A stretch of 64,000 bases of DNA from Eledone cirrhosa (lineage: Eukaryota). Of this stretch, positions 1 to 9,694 are shown one piece after another. Each line of letters begins with the position of its first letter. The first letter of the stretch is position 1. The notes beneath the pieces were generated by a model, which was given only the letters and a program-made list of their open reading frames with translations, was not told where the DNA came from and searched no databases. The DNA is taken from positions 77,314,001 through 77,378,000 of the forward strand of contig OZ024743.1 of assembly GCA_964016885.1 (NCBI GenBank), read 5' to 3'. The translations under genes were made by a program, and so were the position numbers.

Positions 1-199
1 GTACATTTTATTGTGACATCAGCACTACCACTTTACAGTGTACTGGGTACATTCAGTCTCACTGAATATTTTTAGTTGTGAACATGTCACAGGCACATCA
101 GCAACCAGAGCAAAAGTTTTAATGGATTTACCACGCATACCCTGGCCATTGTAACACCTTCACAGTTTAAATACTGTTTATTATATGTAAATGAGTGTG

Positions 200-1010
200 A
201 ATCAGTCTTCTTTTTGCTCTTGCTTGATGAAACTAGGGTCATCATAGGTCAGTGATCCCAGAGACATCATCAGGTGTAGAATCGACCAGTTCCCCAGTGC
301 CCTCTATTACTGTCAGTACTGTGCCAGCCTCTCTACATCCTCCAAAGTGATCTTCCTTGATGACATCCAGTTATCTGGTACAGGGCTTACCATGGGGCCT
401 CTTCCAGCCTGTAGTTGCTGTGTTGAATGAGAGTAAGGCCTTGGTAGAATGATCTGGTGGAAGGCAGAGGACCACTGCATGCAGCAGATGGCTATGAGGC
501 GCAAGGCTGTGGGCATCTCTTTGTTGGAAATGTGGTAGTCCCATTTGATGTTCTCGATGGTCCTCAGGGCTCTGCTGTCGATCCTCTTTGCCAGGATCTT
601 TATGGGGAGTCATTAAAAAATCCTCTAAGGTGGTTGATGTTAGGAAGGGTATCTGGCCATCGACATAGGAAGTGTATGAACCTGACACTTCCACATAGGC
701 ATCATACAGTCGACATTCATAAAGTGAAACCTTTTGATATCAACAGAGTTAAGTAGCTCCCTGAACTTCTTCCATCTTGTCTTTATTCTAACTACTATGC
801 TCTCAGTGCTACCTCCTCCACTGTTAATTAGATCACCTAAGTAGCAGAAGCTATCAACCACTTCTATAGATCCTTCCTGGGATTGGAAAAAGTTTATTTC
901 ACTGATTCTCTTACTAACAACTTTCCCTGTACATCTGTCACATACAATGTTTCCCTTGTCAGTTAATCTACCTACTATCTTACTACACCTGTTGTGCACC
1001 CAATACTCTT
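200..1010 (-). mobile_element. Old degenerate RTE LINE 3' fragment
   Basis: ORF 640-999 ([33 protein letters not shown]) and ORF 313-516 (ITLEDVERL) align by eye with the C-terminus of the RTE ORF at 28004-31123; many stops and frameshifts. Confidence 0.85.
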
Positions 1011-1524
1011 GAGTCCCAAATCATGGGGGGTGGGGGAGAAGTGGGTGGGGTTGGAATAAATGGCGGGAGGGGTGGAAAATCGGTAATTTTTCTAGGTTGT
1101 TTCCATTGATTTTTTTTTAGTTTACATATTGAGACCCCAACCCATCCTATTTATTTATAACATATGGGATTTCTAGTAATGTACAATTTTTTTTGTCATG
1201 TATAATGTTTTTTTAATGTCTAAAGAGAGTTGTCGCAGGAATGCTACCTTTTAGAATAAAATTTTGTTGGAGATTGATTAGCAACATTTGATGAGGGGGG
1301 AAGGGGGTCTGAAAACTGAACAAGCAGGAGTGGGGGTGGTTATTGAAGACCCAAGAGTACATATAGTTCCTCTACCTACTTTTCTACATATCAAGCAGGG
1401 TCACTTCCTTGCCCCTTTTTCTTATTTGAGAAGAAAGTGCAATGTTTATAAACTTTTCATGCAAGAAAAACTTTAATGCCTGAATGAATGGAATGCTCAG
1501 TCACTTACTGGTTAGTTTCATGGA

Positions 1525-1563
<39 letters not shown>

Positions 1564-1564
1564 G

Positions 1565-1737
1565 CTTAAGGCCAGCAATTTGAACGGGAGGGGAAAGTCG
1601 ATTAAATCGACCCCAGTGCATTACTGGAACTTTATTTATCGACCCCATAAGGATGAAAGGCAAAGCTAACCTCAGCGGGGTTTGAATTCAGAACGTCAAG
1701 GGCCGTAACTCTATGCTACAAAGTAGGGTGTCCAACG
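1565..1737 (-). mobile_element. tRNA-derived SINE with Meta-domain-like core
   Basis: Minus strand shows a B-box-like GAATTCAAACCCC followed by GCCTTTCATCCTTATGGGGTCGATAAATAAAGTTCCAGT, resembling the MetaSINE core as recalled (not searched). Confidence 0.7.
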
Positions 1738-1796
1738 TCATCATCATCATCATCATCGTTTAACATCTATCTTCCACACTAGCATGGGTTAGACCA
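1738..1796 (-). mobile_element. Solo RTE 3' tail
   Basis: (CAT)n + cgtttaacatctatcttccacactagcatgggttagac, a diverged match to the tail at 27698-27755. Confidence 0.8.
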
Positions 1797-1859
1797 ACAC
1801 TCTACTGATACTGCCAATCTACCACCCTACACACATATAGTAATGAAAATTGTGTAGTG

Positions 1860-2169
1860 CTCAGGTGTATCCATACCCAGGGAAGCAAGGCATTCAAAGT
1901 AAGGTAGATCCCTGATGGAGGGTACTCGTTTCGTTGCACGTCTCTGAACAGTTTCCAGGAGATCAATATTCTGAGCAAGATAAAGGTTCCAGACTGATGA
2001 TGCAAATTCTAAGTGTGATGTCACCATAGCTATATATAGCTTTAAATTGATAGCTGGAGAGCGGCTGACAAAGGTCTTACTGAGTGATGCTAAGACACCC
2101 TTGGCCTTCTTGACAGGGGGTGTCTTAGCATTACTCAGTAAGACCTTTGTCAGCCACTCTCCAGCTATC
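1860..2169 (-). mobile_element. CR1-clade LINE C-terminal fragment with 52-bp fold-back
   Basis: HLEFASSVWNLYLAQNIDLLETVQRRATKRVPSIRDLPY is a typical CR1 ORF2 C-terminus; inverted arms at 2049-2100 and 2118-2169. Confidence 0.8.
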
Positions 2170-2187
2170 TATCTATTTCTATAGATG

Positions 2188-2547
2188 TTGGAAGAAGAAT
2201 CAGGATGGAGAGAGAGGTGCTGTACCCCAGCAAGTTTTATGAAAGGTGGGTGAAAGTGGCGAGAATGGCCCGAGTGAATGGGCCTTCTCTTTATATCAGC
2301 CTGTAGGTTGAGGAAAAGGAGGAGGAGAGGAAAGGAGTACAAGCTCTTCGTACTCCTGGAGATGAGGGTTGCACATTTTTTTTCGGGGGTATGTGTTACC
2401 CATATAAACTGTCTCCCTCTATTGGGGAAAATCGACTAACTTTTTAAATTCCATTTGTGATAGCATTTTACACGTTTTTATTGTATGTAAACTTCCCCCT
2501 TTGTATTTGTCCCCTTCTTTTGTGCCCCTGTGGCTAATAAAGAAATA
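2188..2547 (+). mobile_element. Probable L1/Tx1-like LINE 3' remnant with 18-bp TSD
   Basis: Direct repeat tatctatttctatagatg at 2170-2187 and 2548-2565; peptide RIRMEREVL..KFYERW..*; T-rich 3' UTR ending in AATAAA. Confidence 0.6.
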
Positions 2548-2565
2548 TATCTATTTCTATAGATG

Positions 2566-2879
2566 ATAGGGTAAAGTGACAGGAGACTGAACAGATTGTA
2601 TTTCTTTAAATCTTTATTACTGCAAACACTATGCACATTTCAGTGGCCAGGTTACGTATAAACCCAGTCACATCATCAAGTGTATATTGCATAATAGTTA
2701 AGAAGAAACATATATTTTCATCTTTTCTATTTCTGTTTCTTCCTAACTATTATGCAGTTATACACCTGATTATGTGACTGTGTTTATACGTAACCTGGCC
2801 ACTGAAATGTACATAGTGTTTGAAGTAATAAAGATTTAAAGGAATACAACCTGTTTGGCCTCCTGTCATTTTACTCTAT
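2566..2879. mobile_element. Fold-back Penelope-like pLTR pair with decayed hammerheads
   Basis: ~145-bp imperfect inverted arms (2566-2710 / 2734-2879). Each has a (C/T)TGAT(G/T)A-T-stem II-T-GAAA core; the right arm has palindrome ATGTACAT, then AATAAA. Confidence 0.7.
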
Positions 2880-3038
2880 AATATATATATATATAAACAT
2901 ACATTCCCACCTTGTGTTTCCTAAATAAGTTTACAAGAGTGTAGCTTATCAAAATGTGATTTCAAACGATTTCAAACTGAATATATTAGAAAACGTTTAT
3001 AACAGATAAATTTATTTAACATTGATTTGTAAATAATG

Positions 3039-3094
<56 letters not shown>

Positions 3095-3096
3095 TA

Positions 3097-3350
3097 TTTA
3101 GTGGTTAGAGCATTGGACTTGCAATCGAAAGGTTGTGAGTTCAATTCTCAGACCAGGTGATGTGTTGTTTCCTTGAGCAAGACACTTTATTTCACATTGC
3201 TCCAGTTTACTCAGCTGTAGAAATGTGAAAAAAAGCACCCAGCACTCACTGTAAATGAGGTTGGTGTTAGGAAGGGCATCCAGCTGTAGAAATCAAGCCA
3301 GAATCAGTTCCCGTCCCACCCTTGCAACCTGGGAAAAGCGGACGTAAAAC
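3097..3350 (+). mobile_element. tRNA-derived SINE with CORE-like body and RTE-derived tail
   Basis: Partial A box (TTAGTGG), B box GAGTTCAATTC, CORE-like TCCTTGAGCAAGACACTT, then sequence shared with RTE 3' UTRs (GGTGTTAGGAAGGGCATCCAGCTGTAGAAA...GCGGACGTAAAA). Confidence 0.85.
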
Positions 3351-3628
3351 TTTTTCCTATATATATATATAGTAATTAAACTTTTTCCTATATATATAGT
3401 AATTAAAATACGGAGAGGGCTCAATAATGATAATATATATATATAAATATATAAAACTGTAGAGCAAATATTTATTAAAATAACAGATTAAAGTTTAAGC
3501 AAATAATCGCTGATTTCACCCATAATGGGATCTTCTGAAACTAGAGTTTAATCTGTTATTTATATATATATATATATATACTAGTAGAATTGCCCGGGTT
3601 ACTGCTGTTTTTATTCAGATTATATATA

Positions 3629-3800
3629 CAATATATTAATAAATGGAAACTATATTTATAAAACCATATTTATTTTATTATATATATTTCAAGGGAAATT
3701 ATGGTGCGCTTTCATCAGATAAAATACAGATTTGTTTCATAAATAAATACTGACATACCCGGAAAAAAGACAACCTTAATGGTTGGAGCTTCCTGGATAG
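3629..3800 (-). mobile_element. Penelope-like pLTR fragment with hammerhead (same family as 6690-7423)
   Basis: Minus strand TATTTTAT-CTGATGA-aagcgcaccataatttccctt-GAAA-TATATAT-A-ATAAAATA; closely similar to 6690-6850, with stem II shortened. Confidence 0.75.
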
Positions 3801-3843
3801 TATATATATATATATATATATATACATGTACATTATTACTATA

Positions 3844-3877
<34 letters not shown>

Positions 3878-3880
3878 CAT

Positions 3881-3962
<82 letters not shown>

Positions 3963-4133
3963 CAAAGGAAGTGTGGCAAGGAACCAGATGGAGGATTGAT
4001 CATTTTTTAAAAGGTAATATTTGAAGATCTATTTAAACTTTAATTAGTTACCTACCTAGCTCTGTGTGTTTACACACTTTACAAATTAACCCCTGTGATT
4101 GTTTCATGTGTTTATTTTAAATATATATATATA

Positions 4134-5041
4134 CTAGCAGTAAAGCCCGGCGTTGCTCGGGGTCGCTCAGTAGCTGTGTTAAAGTTACAATGTTAAGTTT
4201 CTTTCTTGGCTTAAAAACTGTAGTGTCTACTGTGCAGACTTGCATGTGGTGTTTTTGATTAATATTCCCTCAACCAACAATATGCCTTATGAAGTTAAGA
4301 AAACATAACGATAACCCGAATGTTATAACAAAAGAGGATGCTGGGGATAGAAACTGCACTGGTTATTTATTAACAAAGATCGAAAATGTAAACACTGCAA
4401 CGCAGAGAAAAACATTAGCGTAACCAAATTATCAGTTATGTCTGTCTGCACGCCTATATCACCTCTCTGCACGACTGTCTGTCTGCACGCCTATATCACC
4501 TCTCTGCACGACTGTCTGTCTGCACGCCTATATCACCTCTCTACACGACTATCTGTCTGCACGCGTATATCACCTCTCTGCACGACTGTCTGTCTGCACG
4601 ACTGTCTGTCTGCACGCCTAACGACGAAATATTTGCTTGTTTTACGTAGTCTTTAAATAGACTTGTTTTCAAGTAAAAATATTGTTTTAAAATGCTTTTA
4701 AATGGAAATGAAGCAAAACGGAAGCTTAGTGTTCGAACTGATGAATTTTGCAGCAATGTCATTTTAAACGCTGAGAAAGCCAGCGTAATTTTTTACGTAA
4801 GACGCTCAATGTAAACAGAACAAAGGGAAATAACTGATAACTTACGCTCAAAAATCGATACATTATATTCGATTTCGTCACATAGGGTGGGTCAATTTGA
4901 AATTATTTTTTTTCCAATGTCTTCGCTAGGGCTCAATGTACAAGTATAGCAAATTCGGTGCAATTCCGTGAGAGATTCTAAGAGGAGATGTGTGCCAAAA
5001 ATCGATAGACAGACAGACAACCACAGTTTTATATATATAGA
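4134..5041 (-). mobile_element. Non-autonomous Helitron
   Basis: On the minus strand it starts TC (TCTATATATATAAAA) and ends CTAG with a GC-rich hairpin (cccggcgttgctcggg, 4146-4161) just upstream; inserted between A and T; carries (GACA)n and an internal minisatellite. Confidence 0.8.
4439..4620. repeat. 37-bp minisatellite inside the Helitron
   Basis: Unit ctgtctgtctgcacgcctatatcacctctctgcacga, about 4 copies plus partials. Confidence 0.95.
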
Positions 5042-5062
5042 TGTCAATCAATTTCTAATTGA

Positions 5063-5101
<39 letters not shown>

Positions 5102-5482
5102 TGGTGGAACACTGGAAGGTAATATCCGTAGTGGTAGAGCACTCAGTCCAAGGGACGAGTTAGGTAGAAGATTTGTTAGAGAACAATTGTTTCACCTTCG
5201 CAGATATTCAGCTCGAGATGTGTTCTTGGTATGGTGAACTAACTGTTGTGTTACCACTTCTACCTAACTCGTCCCTTGGACTGAGTGCTCTACCACTACA
5301 GATATTACCTTCCAGTGTTCCACCACTATCTATGTCTCCAGCAGCGGTCAGCAGATTCTCCTCACTACGTAGTAGTTTGGCTTTTAGCAGATTCTTCACC
5401 ACGTGCGAGTTTGGCTTACTACTCTGAGAGCGCTCTATATATCCTCGTGTCCTACACAATTTTGCGTCTCATCAACGTCAGT

Positions 5483-6133
5483 ATGGATTTATACGAACTG
5501 AATTACTCCCTGAAGAACATTCCAACTCCCTCCAACCATGTTTACCAAAAGCTCCTCCTACAAAAAGCGGAAGATGTCGTCAGACGCTTAAGATGGCGAG
5601 CCCTAGCTTTCGACGGCAAAATTACAGGCACCAACAACACCTTCAATCTGAGATCGAGAGCTTACCCTCCTAAGGTAACCGTACTTGCTCCTTTTGAGAT
5701 GGACCTTCTTTACTTAGTCGCTAACATTTCCTTTCGCAAACACACTAACACCTTTCAAACGAAACTCAGAAACGATATTAAGAAATTTAGGTCTTCTAAT
5801 AACACCTTCGTCCTTTCCGACAAAACTAATAATATTTACGAAGTCGACAACACCACTTTCCGCCACCTGGCCCATAACGCTATTACTTTTAAATATAAGA
5901 AAGCTAACCCTATGGCCTACCACGATATTAATACAGAAGCCAAGGAACTCGCCACCGACCTTAAGGTAGATAAGAAGCTACAATCTCTAGCTAAGTGGGA
6001 GGCGTTCCTCACCCTGAAAGATCACAAGGTAGACTTTACTTCTAACCCCACATGTAGACTAATAAACCCAGCACGCACAGATATGGGACTAGTCAGTAAG
6101 GCCATACTTAGAAAAAAAAGAGGGTTCCTATAA
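5483..6133 (+). pseudogene. Penelope-like RT ORF, N-terminal part only
   Basis: MDLYELNYSLKNIP...RRLRWRA...LSDKTNNIY...TLKDHK..F..NPTCRLINP: the DKG-equivalent and K-H-K / P-R-I motifs at the start of PLE RT. It ends before the catalytic motifs. Confidence 0.75.
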
Positions 6134-6144
6134 CCATACACATC

Positions 6145-6184
6145 CCGAGCTGAAGATCCGCGAAGGTGAAACAATTGTTCTCGG
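6145..6184 (+). ncRNA. Minimal type I hammerhead ribozyme
   Basis: CCGAG-CTGAAGA-T-CC gcgaa GG-T-GAAA-CAATTG-TT-CTCGG: stem I CCGAG/CTCGG, palindromic stem III ACAATTGT, predicted GUU cleavage. Confidence 0.8.
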
Positions 6185-6234
6185 TATGGTGAACTAACTG
6201 TTGTGTAACCACTTATATATATATATATATATTT

Positions 6235-6507
6235 TCATCATTTTACGTCCGCTTTTCCCTGCTTGCAAGGGTGGGATGGGAACTGATTCTGGCTTCATTT
6301 CTACAGCTGGATGCCCTTCCTAACACCAACCTCATTTACAGTGAGTGCTGGGTGCTTTTTTGCCGTGGCACCTCCACGACCACTTTGCAGTGGAATGATA
6401 GGGACTCCAGTCCCTATCATTCCACTATCATCACCTGGTCTGAGAATTGAACTCACAACCTTTCGATTGCAAGGCCAATGCTCTAACCACTAAGCCATGT
6501 GCCTCCA
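6235..6507 (-). mobile_element. tRNA-derived SINE with RTE tail (head family of 3097-3350)
   Basis: Minus strand GGAGGCACATGGCTTAGTGGTTAGAGCA...GAGTTCAATTCTCAGACC (A and B boxes); RTE-type tail ending (ATG)n; body occupied by an 18-bp-arm palindrome. Confidence 0.9.
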
Positions 6508-6539
6508 TATATATATATGTATGTGCATATATATAGCAA

Positions 6540-6664
6540 CGAAAGTGTGGTAAGAAACCAGGTGGACCATAACGCACCAGAGCACTCGATACTTAGGGTA
6601 GTAGAGTGGATAATCTGGCTGTCGAAACAGCCGGAGCTCAGCCATCGGGGTCGTGACTCTTTTC
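6540..6664. mobile_element. Inverted/truncated pLTR-like fragment (family of 7667-7830)
   Basis: 6541-6609 is the reverse complement of ~7754-7828; it is followed by a decayed hammerhead 3' half gtc-GAAA-cagccggagctcagccat-C-gggg. Confidence 0.6.
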
Positions 6665-6689
6665 ATATATATATATATATATATATACA

Positions 6690-7423
6690 CAATATATTAA
6701 TAAATGGAAACTATATTTATAAAACCATAATTATTTTATTATATATATTTCAAGGGCAACCAAGGCAAATTTAGGTGAGCTTTCATCAGATAAAATACAA
6801 ATTTGTTTTATAAATATTGACATACCCGCATAAAGACAACCTTAACGGTTGAGGTTGTCTTTATGCGGGTATGTCAATATTTATAAAACAAATTTGTATT
6901 TTATCTGACGAAAGCGCACCAAAATTTGCCTTGGTTGCCCTTGAAATCATCATCATCATCATCTTTTAGCGTCCATCTTCCACGCTTGCATGGGTTTGGA
7001 CGGGAGTTTTCCCACTTGAGGCAAGAGTGGTTGTCTTGCTCGCATAGGACTGTCTGGCAGGTTTTCTACGGCTGGATGCCCTTCCTAACACCAACCACAA
7101 TTACAGTGTGGACTGGGAGGTTTTTACTGTGTTACCTACACGGCCACATTACAGCGTGGACTATTTGTTTTTTTGTCGTGACACCTACACGACCTCATTT
7201 GTTTCGGACTGGATGTTGTGGTACTAACATTAACTTTACATTGAAAGGGGTGGTGTGGATGGGGTGGGGGTAGTGGGACGGGGGTGTATTTTTGTGAGAG
7301 GTGCCTACTGACTGTAGTAGGTTTCACTTTGTACTTAGGTAAGGCGGGTCTTCTGTATTACTGTGTATATATAATAAAATAATTATGGTTTTATAAATAT
7401 AGTTTCCATTTATTAATATATTG
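6690..7423. mobile_element. Fold-back Penelope-like pLTR pair with two hammerheads; right arm interrupted by RTE
   Basis: Arms 6690-6842 / 6852-6947 + 7366-7423 with a 9-nt loop. Intact core on minus at 6732-6797; CTGACGA..GAAA on plus at 6905-6946. Confidence 0.85.
6947..7364 (-). mobile_element. RTE family A-like 3' fragment
   Basis: (CAT)n tail, 3' UTR and last codons similar to 46952-47470. Confidence 0.9.
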
Positions 7424-7666
7424 AATATTTACTGCACTAAACTATGGAATGCTTTATATCAGTTATAAAAATGTTTAAGCTTGTCGAATGCCAACAAATT
7501 AAATATAACCTCTGCATATATATATATATATATATATATATGCATGTGTGTATATCATGACTCATACACTGTTCACTTTCCTGACATTTGTACATTATTC
7601 TATGTACTATACATGCACCTTGAGTTGTAGCGCACCTGAGCACTGTACACAATAATTTTCATTATT

Positions 7667-7830
7667 ATAACGCACCAGAGTACTCAACGGCTACAGAAAT
7701 AGCCGTCGAAACGGCTTGAGCTCTGCCGTCGGGGTTAAACTTTTTCCTATTACCCACTCTACTACCCTAAGTATTGAGTACTCTGGTGCGTTATGGTCCA
7801 TCTGGTTCCTTGCCACACTTCCTTCGTAAT
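7667..7830 (+). mobile_element. 5'-truncated pLTR-like fragment with hammerhead 3' half and short inverted arm
   Basis: ACGGCTA cagaaa TAGCCGT-C-GAAA-CGGC ttgagctct GCCG-TC-gggg; arms 7667-7687 / 7774-7794. Confidence 0.65.
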
Positions 7831-8095
7831 TCGGGCTGTTTGTTTACAAACAAACCGAGCATTATAATAAATGTCGGTAAACCCATACGTACATATAGAT
7901 ATGTGTGCATGTATGTATATATATATACATATTACTGTACGTCTGTATACAGATATGTATGTACGTATACATACATACTTACATTTAAGTATCAGCCGTA
8001 CTAAGAGTGAGAAATGAAATTTCGTTTCATTCTTTTCCATTTATATATATATATATATGTGTGTGTGTATGTATATATATATGTATATATATATA

Positions 8096-8146
8096 TCCCA
8101 CCCTTGCAAGCAGGGAAAAGCGGACGTAAAATGATGATGATGATGT
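8096..8146 (+). mobile_element. Solo RTE family D / SINE 3' tail in TA repeat
   Basis: cccacccttgcaagcagggaaaagcggacgtaaa(ATG)n, identical to the end of 51555-52028. Confidence 0.9.
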
Positions 8147-8177
8147 ATATATATATGTATGTATATATATATGTATA

Positions 8178-8208
<31 letters not shown>

Positions 8209-9320
8209 TATATATATATATAGTATATATACACGCATATAAATATATATAGTTATAGACATGCGTGTGTATAAATATATGGTGGTGCCAACTCGTTTTC
8301 GAGTACGGCCACTACTTTATATCCATGTAGGAGAACCCCTACCGATGCGCTGAACGAGTGTGACTTTTTAGTCCAGCCAGCGACTTGAAAACTCTGGTAC
8401 AAACACTACACTTGTGACAATTATTGACACATAGTGCTGGGCTCATGGTACCATGTGATGACAGGTGCAGAGCGATCTCCAGATATAAAGCAATGCCTGT
8501 GCCGTGAAGCTTTTATAGTGAGCAAAGGCACTGCACAAAGCCAGTCCCACTCTCTTAACCAAGATGATATTTACCAAAAAGAAGAACAAGTCAACATCAT
8601 TGGATACCATCAGGGTTGTAGGTGTTATATCAGTTTTCCTTCTACTAGAATTCTGCCTTGACACTGGCTAAGGGGTCATCTCTCACGGTGATAAATATAT
8701 ATATATAGAGAGAGAGAGAGATTCACACACTTGTTTATTTGATGACAATTGTCAAAAACGTTCCGTTACTTTTTTTTTTCCTTCGCTGATAATATCTGAT
8801 TTTCTTCTCTGTACTGATTATCTCCCTTGGAGAGAGAGGGGAAAAAAGAAGAAGAAAAAAGAAGGAAGGGAGAGAGAGAGCGAGAAAAAAAAACAAGTGA
8901 TATTTGCAGAGGGGCTTTATCAGTATTTTGGAACAGCTGATTAGCATAGAGGAACCATGAGCAAACATCAATGGCGCTCTCTGTTGAATTTGAGACAGGC
9001 TCGAAGAAACATGATAATATTCAGATAGGATTAATGCCTCATGCCACTGGAACAAACCAACTTGGACAACAGGTTAGTCAGCTAGATTTTTTGTTCATTT
9101 ATTTTCCTCCTGCACTTAATTATAATGGATTCTTATGGCTGCCTATACTTTCTCGCCAGCGTTTAACATCGTTGACCAGTATATATACACACACACACAT
9201 GTATGTATATTATACACATACATGTGTATAGTTACAGTATGTTGAAAAAGACATATATATATATTATGTGTCTTACCACTATATGTATATTGTGTGCGCG
9301 GGTATATATAAATGTGTATA

Positions 9321-9416
9321 CAGGATGTTAAACAAAATTTAAACACACTTTGATTACCTGTATAGGCAATATTTATTAGAATGCAGTTTGAGTGTATATA
9401 CATTTTTGGGGACACC

Positions 9417-9419
<3 letters not shown>
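9321..9419. mobile_element. Degenerate Tc1/mariner-type MITE
   Basis: TA-flanked with ~29-bp imperfect TIRs: caggatgttaaacaaaatttaaacacact versus (reverse complement) cagggtgtccccaaaaatgtatatacact. Confidence 0.6.
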
Positions 9420-9453
<34 letters not shown>

Positions 9454-9547
9454 TGTGTGTAATATCTCTATAATGTGTGTATGTATAATATATATACCAC
9501 TATATTGTTTCTGTTGTAACATACTGTAACTAACAAATGGACCACAG

Positions 9548-9663
9548 TATATATATTTATATGTATGTATTTATATATATATATATATATATTTATATGA
9601 ATGTATTTATATTTGTATTTATATATATATATATATATATATGAATGTATTTATATTTGTATT

Positions 9664-9694
<31 letters not shown>

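Larger units (their letters stand above)
5102..6213 (+). mobile_element. Internally deleted Penelope-like element with pLTRs and inverted 5' segments
   Basis: Direct terminal repeat 5221-5258 / 6176-6213; hammerhead at 6145-6184; inverted arms 5102-5170 / 5257-5325; inverted decayed hammerhead at 5179-5222; PLE-type ORF fragment. Confidence 0.85.

Noticed and set aside
1020-1525. G-rich segment and 62-aa ORF
   Set aside because: No interpretable motif; probably a decayed repeat.
4439-4620. CRISPR-like 37-bp repeats
   Set aside because: Head-to-tail with no unique spacers, no cas genes, eukaryotic context.
6435-6507. Possible tRNA gene (also 3097-3160)
   Set aside because: No proper acceptor stem and it continues into a SINE body and LINE tail.
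7560-7666. Possible L2/SINE 3' tail
   Set aside because: Too short to classify without a library search.
8434-8664. Possible host exon
   Set aside because: No recognisable motif or convincing splice evidence on either strand.
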